From the NCBI GenBank assembly GCA_964187785.1, contig OZ076411.1, positions 84,816,001 to 84,880,000 on the forward strand: 64,000 bases of DNA, given 5' to 3'. Positions within the stretch are counted from its first letter, which is position 1. Every line of letters starts with the position of its first letter. Shown one piece after another: positions 36,601 to 48,694 of the stretch. This DNA is from Amphiscolops sp. MND2022 (lineage: Eukaryota). The notes beneath the pieces were generated by a model, which saw only the letters and a list, made by a program, of their open reading frames with translations, was not told the DNA's origin and ran no database searches. Position numbers and translations under genes: made by a program.

Positions 36601-37540
36601 AGTAAAAATGTAATTATTCGACATGATTCTTCTGAAACAAAACCCACAGATAGGAACGTTTCCTCGCAGGAAAACGAAATCAAGAACATTGGTGATAAAA
36701 TGGAGATATTAGACCAGATAAGCTCTTATAAAAGATTTATGAGGAAAATAGCTTCTGAATCTGTCAAAAAGCGAATTCTAGTTAAAGTTGGACTGATTTA
36801 CACTTGACGCAATTTCTTGACTAGAATACATTTTTACGAATTACACTTGATGGCTGAATATTGCGATTCTGCATTACACTGCTTGACTGAAAGACGCGAT
36901 AAAATAGCTAATACGCGTTACACTCCTTGCCTAAAATACGGTTCAAGGTTGCTTTACACCGAAAAGGTATTACAACTGATGATAAAAAATCACTTTTGCA
37001 GCTCATGAATCGTAATGAACATATTCGGGAAGAATGAATCTCGTGATATCTCCAAAAATGGACAGACTAATGAACGTCATGCAGAAGCAGAAAAACACAG
37101 TTATCTGTCGTGCGATAAAAAGCAAGTTTACTCCTAAAATGAAATGTTGAGAAGAAAGTTTGCTTATGCCAAGACAGTATTCAAGAGACAGGTCCGTTCA
37201 ATTGCTGTCAAAATCTTGGTGATCAGTTGGATGGGTCCCAAACGAATTTAACAAAGACATTCCAGCTGTTTCCATTCCAAAATCACAGTTACTTTATTGA
37301 AACATTCCTGTCAAAACTTTTAGAAAGTTCATAGGGAGTCATCTATTTGGTCATAATCTGCTACGACAGAATGATCTTCCTGATATTTTTAGAAAATTTC
37401 GATCTTCGCGCATTGTATAAAGTTTCCGTAGTCTGCGCACCACCCAATAGTAAGGTGAAGATTGAAATTGTGTGTACAATACGTTCCTTTTGCATGTCCA
37501 AAACTTCATCATCAAATAAGGTTTTGCCCATGTTCGACGG

Positions 37541-40500
37541 TGTGACATGAATACAGTTGAAGGTCAATAGTAACGCAATGTTACATAATTCTTACTTACT
37601 CTATGACCTTTTATGTTAATTACATAACATACCTGCTAGTAACTTTAATGTCATCTGTAGTACGATATAGTGGACACTATAACTTAATCTTACGTACAAT
37701 ACAGTATTACATTCCCAAACTTCTTTATTCCATTGGTATACAACATGGCGCAGTCAGAATGAGTCAAAAGAACGAAAACAACTCCGCGGAATCCAATAGC
37801 AGAAACTCTTCAAGTGAAGAATCTGGAGACAAAAAAGGACGGACAACAACACACCAAAAAATAACACTACCAATATTCGAGAAGAAAACCATACAAGAAG
37901 CGAAGCTATGGTGGCGACGATTTACTCAGTATGTCAAAAGGACCCAGAAAATAGACTTGAATACAATGACAACAGACAAAGAGACATTGGAAGAATATCG
38001 AGAAGAACTGGAGATAAAAATAAAAGACATTTTTATCTGGGCATTGGGAGAAGAAGCCGTTACAGAAATGACAAAAACGGTGAGAGACAACGATCCAAAC
38101 AAAATGAACATCAACCAACTCTACATATTATTCCGCCTCCACTTCATACCAGAAAGAAACAAATTCCACAGCCGGGCAGATTTTTTCGGAATAACGAGAG
38201 AACCGAATGAAACGGCTGAAGACGTTTGGACACGAATATTGCAGACCGAGAAAACTGCGAATTTGACAACGTTACCCCAGCCGAACTTATTGCATCGAAA
38301 TTCCTATCTTTAATCGGGAGATCAACGGGAGACTACGAACTCAAAAAGAAAATCCGGAAAAGTAACATGACCATTGAAACGATAACCGATCTAATACATG
38401 AATATATGTATGACCGGTTAAATGACTCAAACAATTCCAATGACGGAAGGAACATAAAACATGTACAAGAAAGGTCGAAAAAAAAAAGAAAATGGTCAGA
38501 GAGGACCAGTTACGACAAAAACAAAAAACGACCGGAGTATCAAAAACCAAGATACAAAGATAACCGGTGCGGACAATGCGGAGCACCTAACTGGTCCAGA
38601 CAACACATATGCCCAGCCAAATCGGTAGATTGCAGAAATTGTAAAAAGAGGGGGCATTACAAAAAAATGTGTAGACTTCCGAAAAGAATACAACATGTGG
38701 ACAAAGTATCATCATCAGCAGAAGAAGACAACTGGGACTACAATAAAATACAAAGAAAAAACAACAACAAAAAGAACGGAGAGTACCTACACACAACACT
38801 ATTGGTTAACAACGCACCAATAAAATTTATAATAGACAGCGGGTCCCCAGTAACTTTGATACCACAACGCTTATTTAACAAAATTACTGAAGTGGAAGAA
38901 CTCAAAACCAATTACAAAGACGTAAACGACAACAAGATCGATTTCCTGGGACAAACAAAAGCACTGGTGAAAACCAACAGTACAACACATCAGCTGTCAC
39001 TATTAATTACTAAAACAAACATTACACCGTTAATGGGACTAGATTGGATAAAACGGCTTGGAATAACAGTAAACACAACAACTGACGATATCAAAACACA
39101 CAACATCAAAATGGACGAAACCGAAAAGAAGATCCTCAAACTGAAGAACGAATTTAAAGATCTGTTTTACAACAACACGGAAATAAAAAACTTGGAAGTA
39201 AAAATCGACCTGAAAGAAGACGCAAAAATAATACAACAAAAGGGATCAGTACCAATTCACCTTCAAAATCAAGTAGCGGAAGAAATAAAAAGACTAATCA
39301 AAAACGGATACTTGGAAAGGGCCACAGAAATAACCGAAGATTGTTTTGTGAGCCCGGCAGTCATCACGGTGAAGAAAGACAAATCAATAAAAATTGCACT
39401 GGATTCAAGAAAATTGAACGAAGCAACAATTAAAAAGAAAGCACAAATGCCGAACATGGAAGAGCTAATATCCAGAATATCACGGAAGATATCGGAAGAA
39501 CAAGAAGGAGAAATATGGATAACAAAACTAGATTTCGATTATGCTTACGGTCAAATCAAATTGAACGAAAATACAAAAATCTATGTATTTTCACCGTTAC
39601 AGGCGGAGAATTTACGGGATACTACTGTTTCTTGAAAGGCTTTTACGGACTGGCGGACATCCCAACAATTTTCCAGGAACGGATAGACAGAACACTGGAA
39701 TTCAAACACCCCGCTTGGCTAGATGACATCATAATCGTAACCAAAGGAACAATAGAGAAACACGAGTCGGAAGTAAAAGAAACAATGAAAAAATTAGACG
39801 AAGCAGGATATAGACTACACCCGAAAAAATGCGAATTTTGCAAGAAAGAGGCTGAATGGGTGGGACACCAAATAAACCAAGACGGCATCAGACCACTACA
39901 AGACAAATTGGAAGCAATAACAAAAATAAACATACCAAAAACCGAAAAAGAACTAAAATCCTTCCTGGGAGCAATACAATATCTGTCAAAATACATCAAA
40001 AATCTATCAGCACAGACAGATATACTCAGAAAAATACGGAAAAAACAAAACGAATGGATCTGGACAGAAGAACTTACAGAAGCGTTCAACAATTTAAAGA
40101 AATTAATCACCCAATTGCCATGTCTAGCGCACTACAACTCGAATAAAGAAAATATCCTAACAACCGACGCAAGTACAAAGGGACTAGGCGCTACACTGTG
40201 GCAAAAACAAAAAGACGGAAATCTGAAACTGGTTGGCTTTGCAAGCAGATTTTTATCGGACACCGAAAAAAAATATGCGATAAACGAGCTAGAGCTATTA
40301 GCAGTAGTGTGGTGACTGGAGCATTTTCGCTTATATGTTTATGGAAAACCAATTGAGCTACTAACCGATCACCAAGCGCTGGAACCACTAATTAAACGAA
40401 ACAGATCAAATAAAACTTATAGCGCAAGATTAACAAGATGGTTGGATCGATTAGCACACTTTGATATAAACATAAAGCACATTGCTGGCAAGCATCTGAA

Positions 40501-43500
40501 ATTGACGGATTATTTGAGTAGAAACCCGATTTCAAAGCCGGAGCCAATTGAGAATTACGACGAAGAATACGTAATTAATTGCGTAATACCCTTACTGGAG
40601 TTCATTAACACACACGGTAGCATCACCAATGAAAGGAAAGTAGAAGCACAAACGGACGAAGTAGCAGCGTCAGCAAACAACCAATCACAAACAAAAAGCG
40701 TGAACAAAATACAGCTCAGCGAGTACGAACAAGACAAACAGTGGTCATCGAAATCCTCAAAAAGCAAAGTACGTTCAAATACAGCTGACACAAACCAACA
40801 AACCAAACCGTACAAAACAGAATGGATATTAAAACAATCGAATCTATCGAAAAGGACGACCCATCGGAAGAAACACTGAGATTAACAACAAGATGGAAGG
40901 AGATAACAAAACCAGGCGACTACAGATTCACGCAGGGACAATGGAAAAAATACAACCCATCCAGAGCACTGCGGGCAGAACAGAAACGAATCGAAGTTGA
41001 GCTGTGGCAGAAAAGAAACAGATTGTTATGGAAACGAATGGAAAATAACAGCAGAGAGACAGAAGAAGAACTAGAGAGAAAAAGAGAATTCCATAGAGTT
41101 ATCGAAAAAATTAGAGCGAAGCCAAAAAGGGACGACACCGGGACAAGCAGTAACACACAACAACCACAAGAACAAGACGAAATAGAAACAATGTCATCGG
41201 ACTCCGACCAAACAATCGCTGTACCGGCGATCAACTTCAAGAGATACCTGGGGGCGACCAGTGTACGATACATACAAATGGGAACGGCGAGCAAAGTGCA
41301 ATACAACGAAGAATGGGACTTAGAAGAAACCATTCGTCAGGCCGAACAAAAGATTTCAACCGATTTAAGAACAATCGCAGACGAAACAACAAACGACGAA
41401 AATTTAATCAAAACACTGGTATGCCTGGAGAGGAGAAGTTACGAACAAATACCAGACGAATACAAGGAACAACACAAAAACATGTCGACACGATTTGGAG
41501 TAGTGTTCTATAATGACAAAATAGTAATCCCGAAGCCACTACGAAAAACAGTCATCTTATTACTACACAAAGGCCACCCCGCCATCAACAAGATGACACA
41601 TGCAGCCAAACCCTTCTGGTGGTCAAAACTCAACAAGGACATTCAGACGAAATGCAACGACTGCATTCCCTGCAAAATGTCAGGTAAGAGTATAAAACCA
41701 CAAATACCAATGACGGAGATAAATTACTTACCTCCGGTAGAAAAACCAAACGAGGAAATCCAATTGGATTTCATCGGACCAATAAGATTCAAACACCGGC
41801 GATTTTATATACTGATATCTATTGACCGGTATAGCAGATGGCCGGCAGCATGCATATGTGAAGCTCCTACAGGCAAAACAGCGAAAATTTTTCTACAACA
41901 GTACATACTACTGAACGGTATCCCACAAGTAATTAGAACAGATAAAGGTACCGCCTTTACCGGAAAAGAGTTTAGACAAATGTGTAAAAACCTACACATT
42001 AAACTAATATATGGCACACCATATATACACACAGCTACGGGATTAGTAGAAAGGGGAATAAAAACACTGAAAGATTTATTGAGGACTAATTTAGAAGACA
42101 AATGCAACTTAAATGATGCTTCATACCAGTCCCTGATGGTAATGCGAATGACCATCCACTCAAAAACTAAAGAAACACCGTTCGAAAGACATTATGGTCG
42201 AAAGCCACGAACGGAATTAACCAGCTACTTAAACTTACCAACGGACAAAAATGATTTTGTTTCAGCACAACCGGAGACCCTACAAGTCTACTCGTTCAAC
42301 AACGGGCGAGGAGGATATGATCAACTTGTCATGAAAACCCCTCGAAAGCTGAAATGCGATGTTAGTAAAAACCTCCCATACAAATTCCTAGAGAAAAAAC
42401 AAAATAAAAACAAATTTGAAAGTGAATACGATACAAATCCACAAACAGCAGTGGTGAAACTAAACACACAATAACGACGGATACAAATAAAATAATACAC
42501 AAAAAACGGATAAGTAAACCATTACCAAACTCATTTCAGAACCCCCTATCAAGAAGAGGAGAAAACCGTCGAGGTGCAGACGGAAGATTTGTCCAGACAT
42601 CCATACAATCAGACTCAGAAGACGAAGAAGAGGAAGAACAAGAAACACAAACCGAGACCGATGAAAGGCGAGCAAGTACTCCAACGGCAGAAACATCAGT
42701 AGAGGGGATGGAAACCAGCTTCGATTTCACACCACCGATACAAATCGGAAAAGGAAGAAAAAAGACAATCAAGGAAAAAACCCCGGGAGAAAACAACCTA
42801 AAACTCCACGTGGACAGAATGAGCGAAGAACAACTAGAGCAAGCAATGGAGGCAATAGCCGAGGACCCGACAACAATCACCATCGTCGACAACAACAGTA
42901 ACGAAAATCAAAATCAAAACAACCAAAACTAAATAAAAACTGAAATAACGGAGTTACCAGATACAATTGAAACAAACAATACAAACATACAAACTAGAAA
43001 ATCTTCTAGAATGAGAACGAATAATCCGATAATAAGATACGGAAATCCAGTAACATTCTGATATTTACAGGAAACACCGTTAAACGAATAAACAGCCAAG
43101 CCAGCGGAAACACACAATCAGACTGAGGTGGACCGGAAGAGAAAACAGGAGGAACGTGAGGAAACCAGTAACATGGTATCGAGGCGAGAAGCACCGTCAA
43201 AATTAAACAAGAAACTGAACGGACTCATTATCAACAATTGAGTTGATACAACCTTTTTGTTTATACATGTAATCTAAATTTGTGTTATAAAATACAGTTA
43301 TCAATTATACTAGATAACTTCCTACCGGGGGGGAATGTGACATGAATACAGTTGAAGGTCAATAGTAACGCAATGTTACATAATTCTTACTTACTCTATG
43401 ACCTTTTATGTTAATTACATAACATACCTGCTAGTAACTTTAATGTCATCTGTAGTACGATATAGTGGACACTATAACTTAATCTTACGTACAATACAGT

Positions 43501-43540
43501 ATTACATTCCCAAACTTCTTTATTCCATTGGTATACAACA
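37541..43540 (+). mobile_element. Element B: Ty3/gypsy (Mag-like) LTR retrotransposon, 6.0 kb
   Basis: 205-bp LTRs at 37541-37745 and 43336-43540 that appear identical (TGTGAC...CAACA). TSD GACGG on both sides. PBS TGGCGCAGTC at 37746-37755 (Ser-like) and PPT GGGGGGGAA at 43327-43335. Confidence 0.95.
37759..43061 (+). pseudogene. Element B gag-pol with several frameshifts and stops
   Basis: MSQKNENN start, CRNCKKRGHYKKMC knuckle, IDSGS protease, RT with WLDD, TDAS RNase H, H/CNDC and LDFIGP...IDRYSRW...TDKGT...VERG integrase. Breaks near 38255, 39570, 40313 (TGA), 40810 and 42460. Confidence 0.92.
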
Positions 43541-44903
43541 GACGGTAATAGCAGTAGAAAGTAGTTTGAGCGTGGTTGTTTACTCTTAGTTGATCACTCA
43601 AAGAATGAAGTAGAAGAAATGACGGTTGAAGAACAAGTGGTCAGACAAAGTTAACAAACTCTTGAGTGATGTCAATATAATTGTTCAAATCTGTTAAGTC
43701 AGAGTTGAACTTTTGGCGCGAATTTTATTAAGTTTCTCCTTTGAGCGAAACTATTCCTAAATAGTAGCCTTTCGTGTATGTTTTCGGAACCCTGAGTTAT
43801 TCGTAAGGAAACACCGACCATATGTATATAAACCCCGAACGTTACGCTTACTCCACTTGTTTAATGTACGATCATGAAAACTTGTCTCAGATTGAGTAAA
43901 AGACATGAAAAGTACAGAAAACGATACATGGAAAGAGAACTTTTGTTTTGTTTCAAAAAGCAAAGAAGTATACGGGGTGGGATGCACGGCTTGGGTGGAA
44001 AAAATCATTTGACCTTGGCTTTTGCTATCGGAGGTAGTAGTCGATTGCTATCGTGAATTATTGAACAGTATTTGCCACCAAGAGGCAGCCGCCTTAGGTA
44101 AACAAAGGATCCAAAGGCGAAGACGTTTAACCATAGGAGTCTAATCCCAGAAACATGGAACATTGAATGACACGCGGAAGTTTCAATGTTACCGACAGGC
44201 ATCGAGGTTACCTCAAGGGCAACTCCTAAATATTGGAAACGTACATGAAAACATGTATATTAGCGTCATCTGAGTCATAATTTATGCTTTTCAGTTAGAC
44301 AACGAGGTTCAAGGAGAGCTATCAGAATGACGGAAAAGTACTTACCACGTGTAGAGTACATGTAAACCATGTATAATAAGGTCATAAGTATCTCGAGACT
44401 TGATTCATCAAAGAACTAGAAATTTGGATATGTTGTTAAAATATTGGTCATCGGCGGCAAGGAATGTTTATTCGAAGTATTACTATAGTGTAAGTATCAA
44501 TCCTTTTGCCATAAATAGATATGTAAACGCATGCAACCGCCAAACAATGGAAAATGCCAAACCTTAAGAATCGAGAGGATGGGATGACAAAAAACACCTG
44601 CCGGGAGGAATCGAAACAGAAGTAAAGAGACACAACTGAGTTAGAGAGGTAGGTGAAGTTGAGTCTTGCGGGTCAAGATACGTTTCTGGATGATTGTGTT
44701 GTCCAAAGCTGAGAGAGAGATTTTTAGCTTGATATTGATAATTGTGTTAAATTGGGTGCTTTATTAGGATTGAATTGTGCTGAATCAACTTACAAAACCA
44801 TTCGATTGTGGTCGTATCCTTTAATGGGAACAGCCGAAGATTGTATTTAGGAAAAATATTCGAATGAAGTTTACAATCATCCCCGTTAAACTCTCACCCT
44901 CTC

Positions 44904-45366
44904 TGTCACAAGTGTTGATGAAAACTTCTTTTATATTAAAGTCTCTGCTACACTCGTCTCTAGAGCTACTTCTGAATCTGCTGTTCAAAGCTTTTTCAGC
45001 ACTAAATCCCTGTCTTCTTGCCGGGACTTCCCATCTTCTTTCCGGCATTTGTCCTTGCCAGATCTCAGAGTTGCCTGAATCTGAGGCAGGAATTGATCAT
45101 TAATTCCCGTATCTTGGGAAAATATCTGATTTAACTCTACTAATAACCTGATATACTCGCTACGTCAACAACTTCAATAGCGCTGTGGACATTTTGAGCA
45201 TAACGTCTAATCTCTGCTTCTCGAGAATTAGATTATTACTGGCCATTTTGATTCAGTAAAATTCCATAACTTGGGCTTTCAGGCCTTCTGCCCAAGTTGC
45301 TAGATATACTTTCTTCTCTGTCTAAGCCATTCCCACCTAACATTATGTCAATACTTTCTATATCAG
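44904..45366 (-). mobile_element. Solo LTR of an element-A-related family, distal part (split by element C)
   Basis: Minus-strand translation (S)DIESIDIMLG...NSREAEI...NDQFLPQIQATL...SRDECSRD resembles A's LTR-borne Gag. Starts TGTCAC. Together with 61102-62282 it totals 1644 bp, matching the A LTR length. Confidence 0.7.
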
Positions 45367-45748
45367 TGTTACGACTGTTTATCGGGGTGGTTTTAGAAGC
45401 AGTCGCAGTAGTTTTATTTCTGATCGGTGTTGAGGTCACGTTTTCCGGAATGTTGTCGGGATCAGAATCAGACTCTTCTGCTGATCTTATTGCAGGTTGT
45501 TTTTTAGCGGTTGGGTCAATTAGTTTTAGCATTTCCTTCTGGTTTTCAGCTAAGATTTTAGTAAGATCAGACATTATTTCCTTTCTCAGTGATAATTTTA
45601 TTTCCTCTAAGTTATCCGCAGAGACTTTAGGAGATTTGCTTGTACCAGCTACAGGATTTACACTCGAAGTGTTTTCAGGTAGAGAAGTTTCTATTTCAGT
45701 TGAAATAAGCTCTTCAGCTGCTTTTCTCTTTTGACTTCTAGTGGTCAT
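45236..45748 (-). CDS. gag: Truncated Gag N-terminus from the C 3' LTR, fused in frame to the host solo-LTR Gag fragment
   Basis: MTTRSQKRK...INSRN comes from the LTR up to 45367 and continues TDIESIDIMLGG... Expression is unknown. Confidence 0.5.
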   Translation of the reverse strand: MTTRSQKRKAAEELISTEIETSLPENTSSVNPVAGTSKSPKVSADNLEEIKLSLRKEIMSDLTKILAENQKEMLKLIDPTAKKQPAIRSAEESDSDPDNIPENVTSTPIRNKTTATASKTTPINSRNTDIESIDIMLGGNGLDREESISSNLGRRPESPSYGILLNQNGQ

Positions 45749-47507
45749 TTTCAGAGTTCAAGAACAAGGTCTTCGGAAATATTTAAATTCGTCGAAGAGA
45801 TTGAGTTTTCGTTGTTATAACGGAACAAAGTTATTAGCAGTAGAACAAAAGATTGATTAAAACTTACAACAATTTTCTACATATATATACCTTCCAAGCA
45901 TCATTTGTTCCTCACCTAAAAATTCCTAGGAATCCCTAAAATCCGTTTTGTCCACTAAAAATGCTTAATCATCCATATCATTTCAGCCCTTTAATTAATT
46001 GTTCACATTTTTAAATTCCTAGTTACGATTCCCTTGCGGAGTACTTGTTGAAATCATTTTTGTTCAACACTCCCATTTCCGGTTTCATCACGGAAAAGGC
46101 GGCAAAAAAATGCCTAGTTTGAATTTCTATCGCAAAAGGCACGCTGACGTGAATAATGATTCACTCTCTGTCTAGCGAAGAACATCCGTTCGCAACAAAA
46201 GTATGACAAGCAAAAATGGTTACGGAAACATCGCGGATGAATTTTAGACTAAAGTGTTAAACATTTCAGAAAGAAACAAATGATGCTGGAGAGTAATTAG
46301 CACATATCGGGGATTGGGTTATTGTAACAAAACACAACTTCAGGTTGTAATTTACATGCAACAATTGGGCTAAATACTCTGACTGTAATTTACATGCATC
46401 GATTGGTTTAAATAATATAACAAACATAATTCATCACAAACTACAACAAACATAAAATACCGTTTCAACAACGGAGAGCACCTGTTTCACATATTTTCTT
46501 CTGTCCTGATCTGCAACACGAATGTTCTAGTTGATCACGAAACGGGACAAATCCGGATGGAAAAAGTGAAAACTTGTAATGTTTTGAATGTTTTAGTGTG
46601 ATTCTACATGTTCTCAGGAATGTCCTGATGTATTAGAATATTCTCTAAGTCTTAGAATTTTCCACGGTTGTTTTACATGTATTAACATTAGGTATAGCTT
46701 CATCTATTACAATTTGCTCCGTAAACGCACCGTAAATGCTCCCTATGTATTGAGGTTGGCTATAACTTTCTCGGTTTATAATTCGCTCCGTAAGCGCTCC
46801 GTACGTATTAAGATTGAGTATAGCTTTCTTAGCTGCTAGCGGAGCAAGCTCGGAGTAAATTCGCCATCTTTAAATTCATTCTTAGTGACGTCATCGGAAT
46901 GGTTTCTTACTAGCGTGAGCGCAAATATACCGGTCTTAGCAGCGACGCTATTGGTCCGTAAAAATAGAAATACCTGTTACTCGTTTATCTGAGTGACGCT
47001 GTCATAGCGTTGTAAAAGTTTGCTCAGATTACTTGACTGTAATTTGAGAGGCTTTCTTACAACTACTTCAGATTCCAAATTGAATCTGCTATACTATTTT
47101 GATGTTCTTTTCATTTTAGATCGTATGAGTTCCGTTGGGATCGCGGAATTAAATAATTGTTTTAGTGTTTTCATTTCAGTGTGGAAAGGAGAAAAATGAT
47201 CCCAGTGTTATGAATGTCTTTCTTTCTTAATATTTAGATTGACATGGAATTTTCAGCCGTTGAAACCGGAAGTATCAAAAATGTCTACGTGTGAAAACTT
47301 TAAACCGGAAATCTTATTTTGCTTAAAGTCATTTTGGATATTTCACGTAGTGCTTCCGTAGATTTTAATTCGTGCTGCAGTCTAGACGAAAAGGTAAGTT
47401 ATTGTACAATACTTAACATTGCGTGGCTCTTCCGTGGCCTCTCCCCCTTGCGAATTTTGGGATTCCTCCACAACAGGAAAAATCCCGACCGCGAGCGGGT
47501 CGTGACA
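45367..47507 (-). repeat. Element C 3' LTR (2141 bp)
   Basis: About 99% identical to 58955-61096. A TATATATA element near 45880 lies about 130 nt upstream of the gag ATG. GCTCCGTA cluster at 46716-46860. Confidence 0.97.
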
Positions 47508-48141
47508 GGGCGCCTCTATAGCCTATTGACACGGGACGGGGGCAGTGCGGAATCTCTCTTGTGATGAGCACAGGCTGCTTGCGAGCTCTTGTCAGCTTTG
47601 TGGAGGTGAAACGGGCCCCACGTCCGCATAGTGAGTTGAACTCTGAGCTGCTCTGCAAACCGATGCCATAGACATTCTCTATATCTTCCATAGTAGGCTC
47701 CGTTAGATCGTCAAGCCGATCAATTTTTGTAGGCGGCTCGTTGAGCGAAAGTTCTCCGTTGGTCATATCCCGTAAGACTGGGGCAGGCTGTAATGGGGGC
47801 AGTTGACGGGGGGTATCCGGCTCTTCAAAGTAGCTTTCTTCAGACGTTTCAGTACTATGCCCTTCCACTATGAAAGCTTCGCCAGGGCTTGTAGTGTCGA
47901 AGTTTATTTTCCTTGGTGAACCGATAGTCTCAAATGTAGACGCTGAGATGCCGGATAGATTTAGACTATTGATGGAGTCCATCATCTTTTCTGCGCTGCC
48001 TTTTGTAGCTTCTAAGGAGGCTTCAGAGAGGCTCAGAACTGTGATCCCATTTAGTGGGAGGGTTTTGATGGGTGTGCTCTGCCTGACTTCGTTTTCTTCT
48101 TCATCAGAAGTGATGTCAATTACGAGTTCATAATTGCTCAT
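47413..48141 (-). CDS. Element C accessory sense ORF (242 aa; N-terminal SIM-like VIDITSDEEE, RG-rich tail)
   Basis: Open ATG ORF in the same position as A's 11204-12025. Ends 95 bp inside the 3' LTR. The tail reads ARGR...ARGRGHGR. Confidence 0.72.
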   Translation of the reverse strand: MSNYELVIDITSDEEENEVRQSTPIKTLPLNGITVLSLSEASLEATKGSAEKMMDSINSLNLSGISASTFETIGSPRKINFDTTSPGEAFIVEGHSTETSEESYFEEPDTPRQLPPLQPAPVLRDMTNGELSLNEPPTKIDRLDDLTEPTMEDIENVYGIGLQSSSEFNSLCGRGARFTSTKLTRARKQPVLITREIPHCPRPVSIGYRGALSRPARGRDFSCCGGIPKFARGRGHGRATQC

Positions 48142-48694
48142 TTTTGAATTTTGAAGATTTCAGCTAACTTAACTTCACGTTTGGGATGCGGCAAATGAAA
48201 AGGTCAACTTCCTTTTCGTTCGTAATTTCCCTGCATTCCTATTGGCTGTTATTTTTCTTTTATTCCGGTTCGTTTTTCTTCGGAAACGTTTCGTTTCCCT
48301 CTGCGCTGTGATTGGCTGAACCGTTATAAATAAAGTTTCTAATTTTGAACTTTATCATGGTGTCGTGAATTCTTTTCCGAGAGCGATCCGTGTGACGTCA
48401 TTAATTAGGAAAATAATCTTTTTCTTTTTAGGGCATTTGAGAGGTCAAATTTAATCTTTGGATTTTCTTTCTTTTTGGAAGCGATATACTTCCGTCAATG
48501 GTATGTTAGGCTGGATTACAAATGTGATGATCTATTTCTTTTCCGTGATAACATTCATTTGACGTGATTCTTTTGTGCAATGTTTTGAGCCGTGTGGACA
48601 TTTTCCTCATTCCCTGTCTCCGGGGCGTTTCCGTTGTTTTCTTCTATATCATTTTTTTTCTTTTTTAGATTGTTCTTGAAGATTTCAATGATTC
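48142..48694. promoter_or_regulatory. Putative internal bidirectional promoter of element C
   Basis: Gap between divergent ATGs. ATTGG (CCAAT) boxes at about 48241 and 48311, and TGACGTCA at about 48394. Confidence 0.5.

Noticed and set aside
37347-37567. Host exon interrupted by element B
   Set aside because: Rejoining across TSD GACGG gives only a short frame bounded by stops, with no recognisable domain.
37603-37758. gag of element B starting at 37603 within the LTR
   Set aside because: The same hydrophobic frame recurs in the 3' LTR (43398-43589) and does not look like Gag. ATG 37759 after the PBS is preferred.
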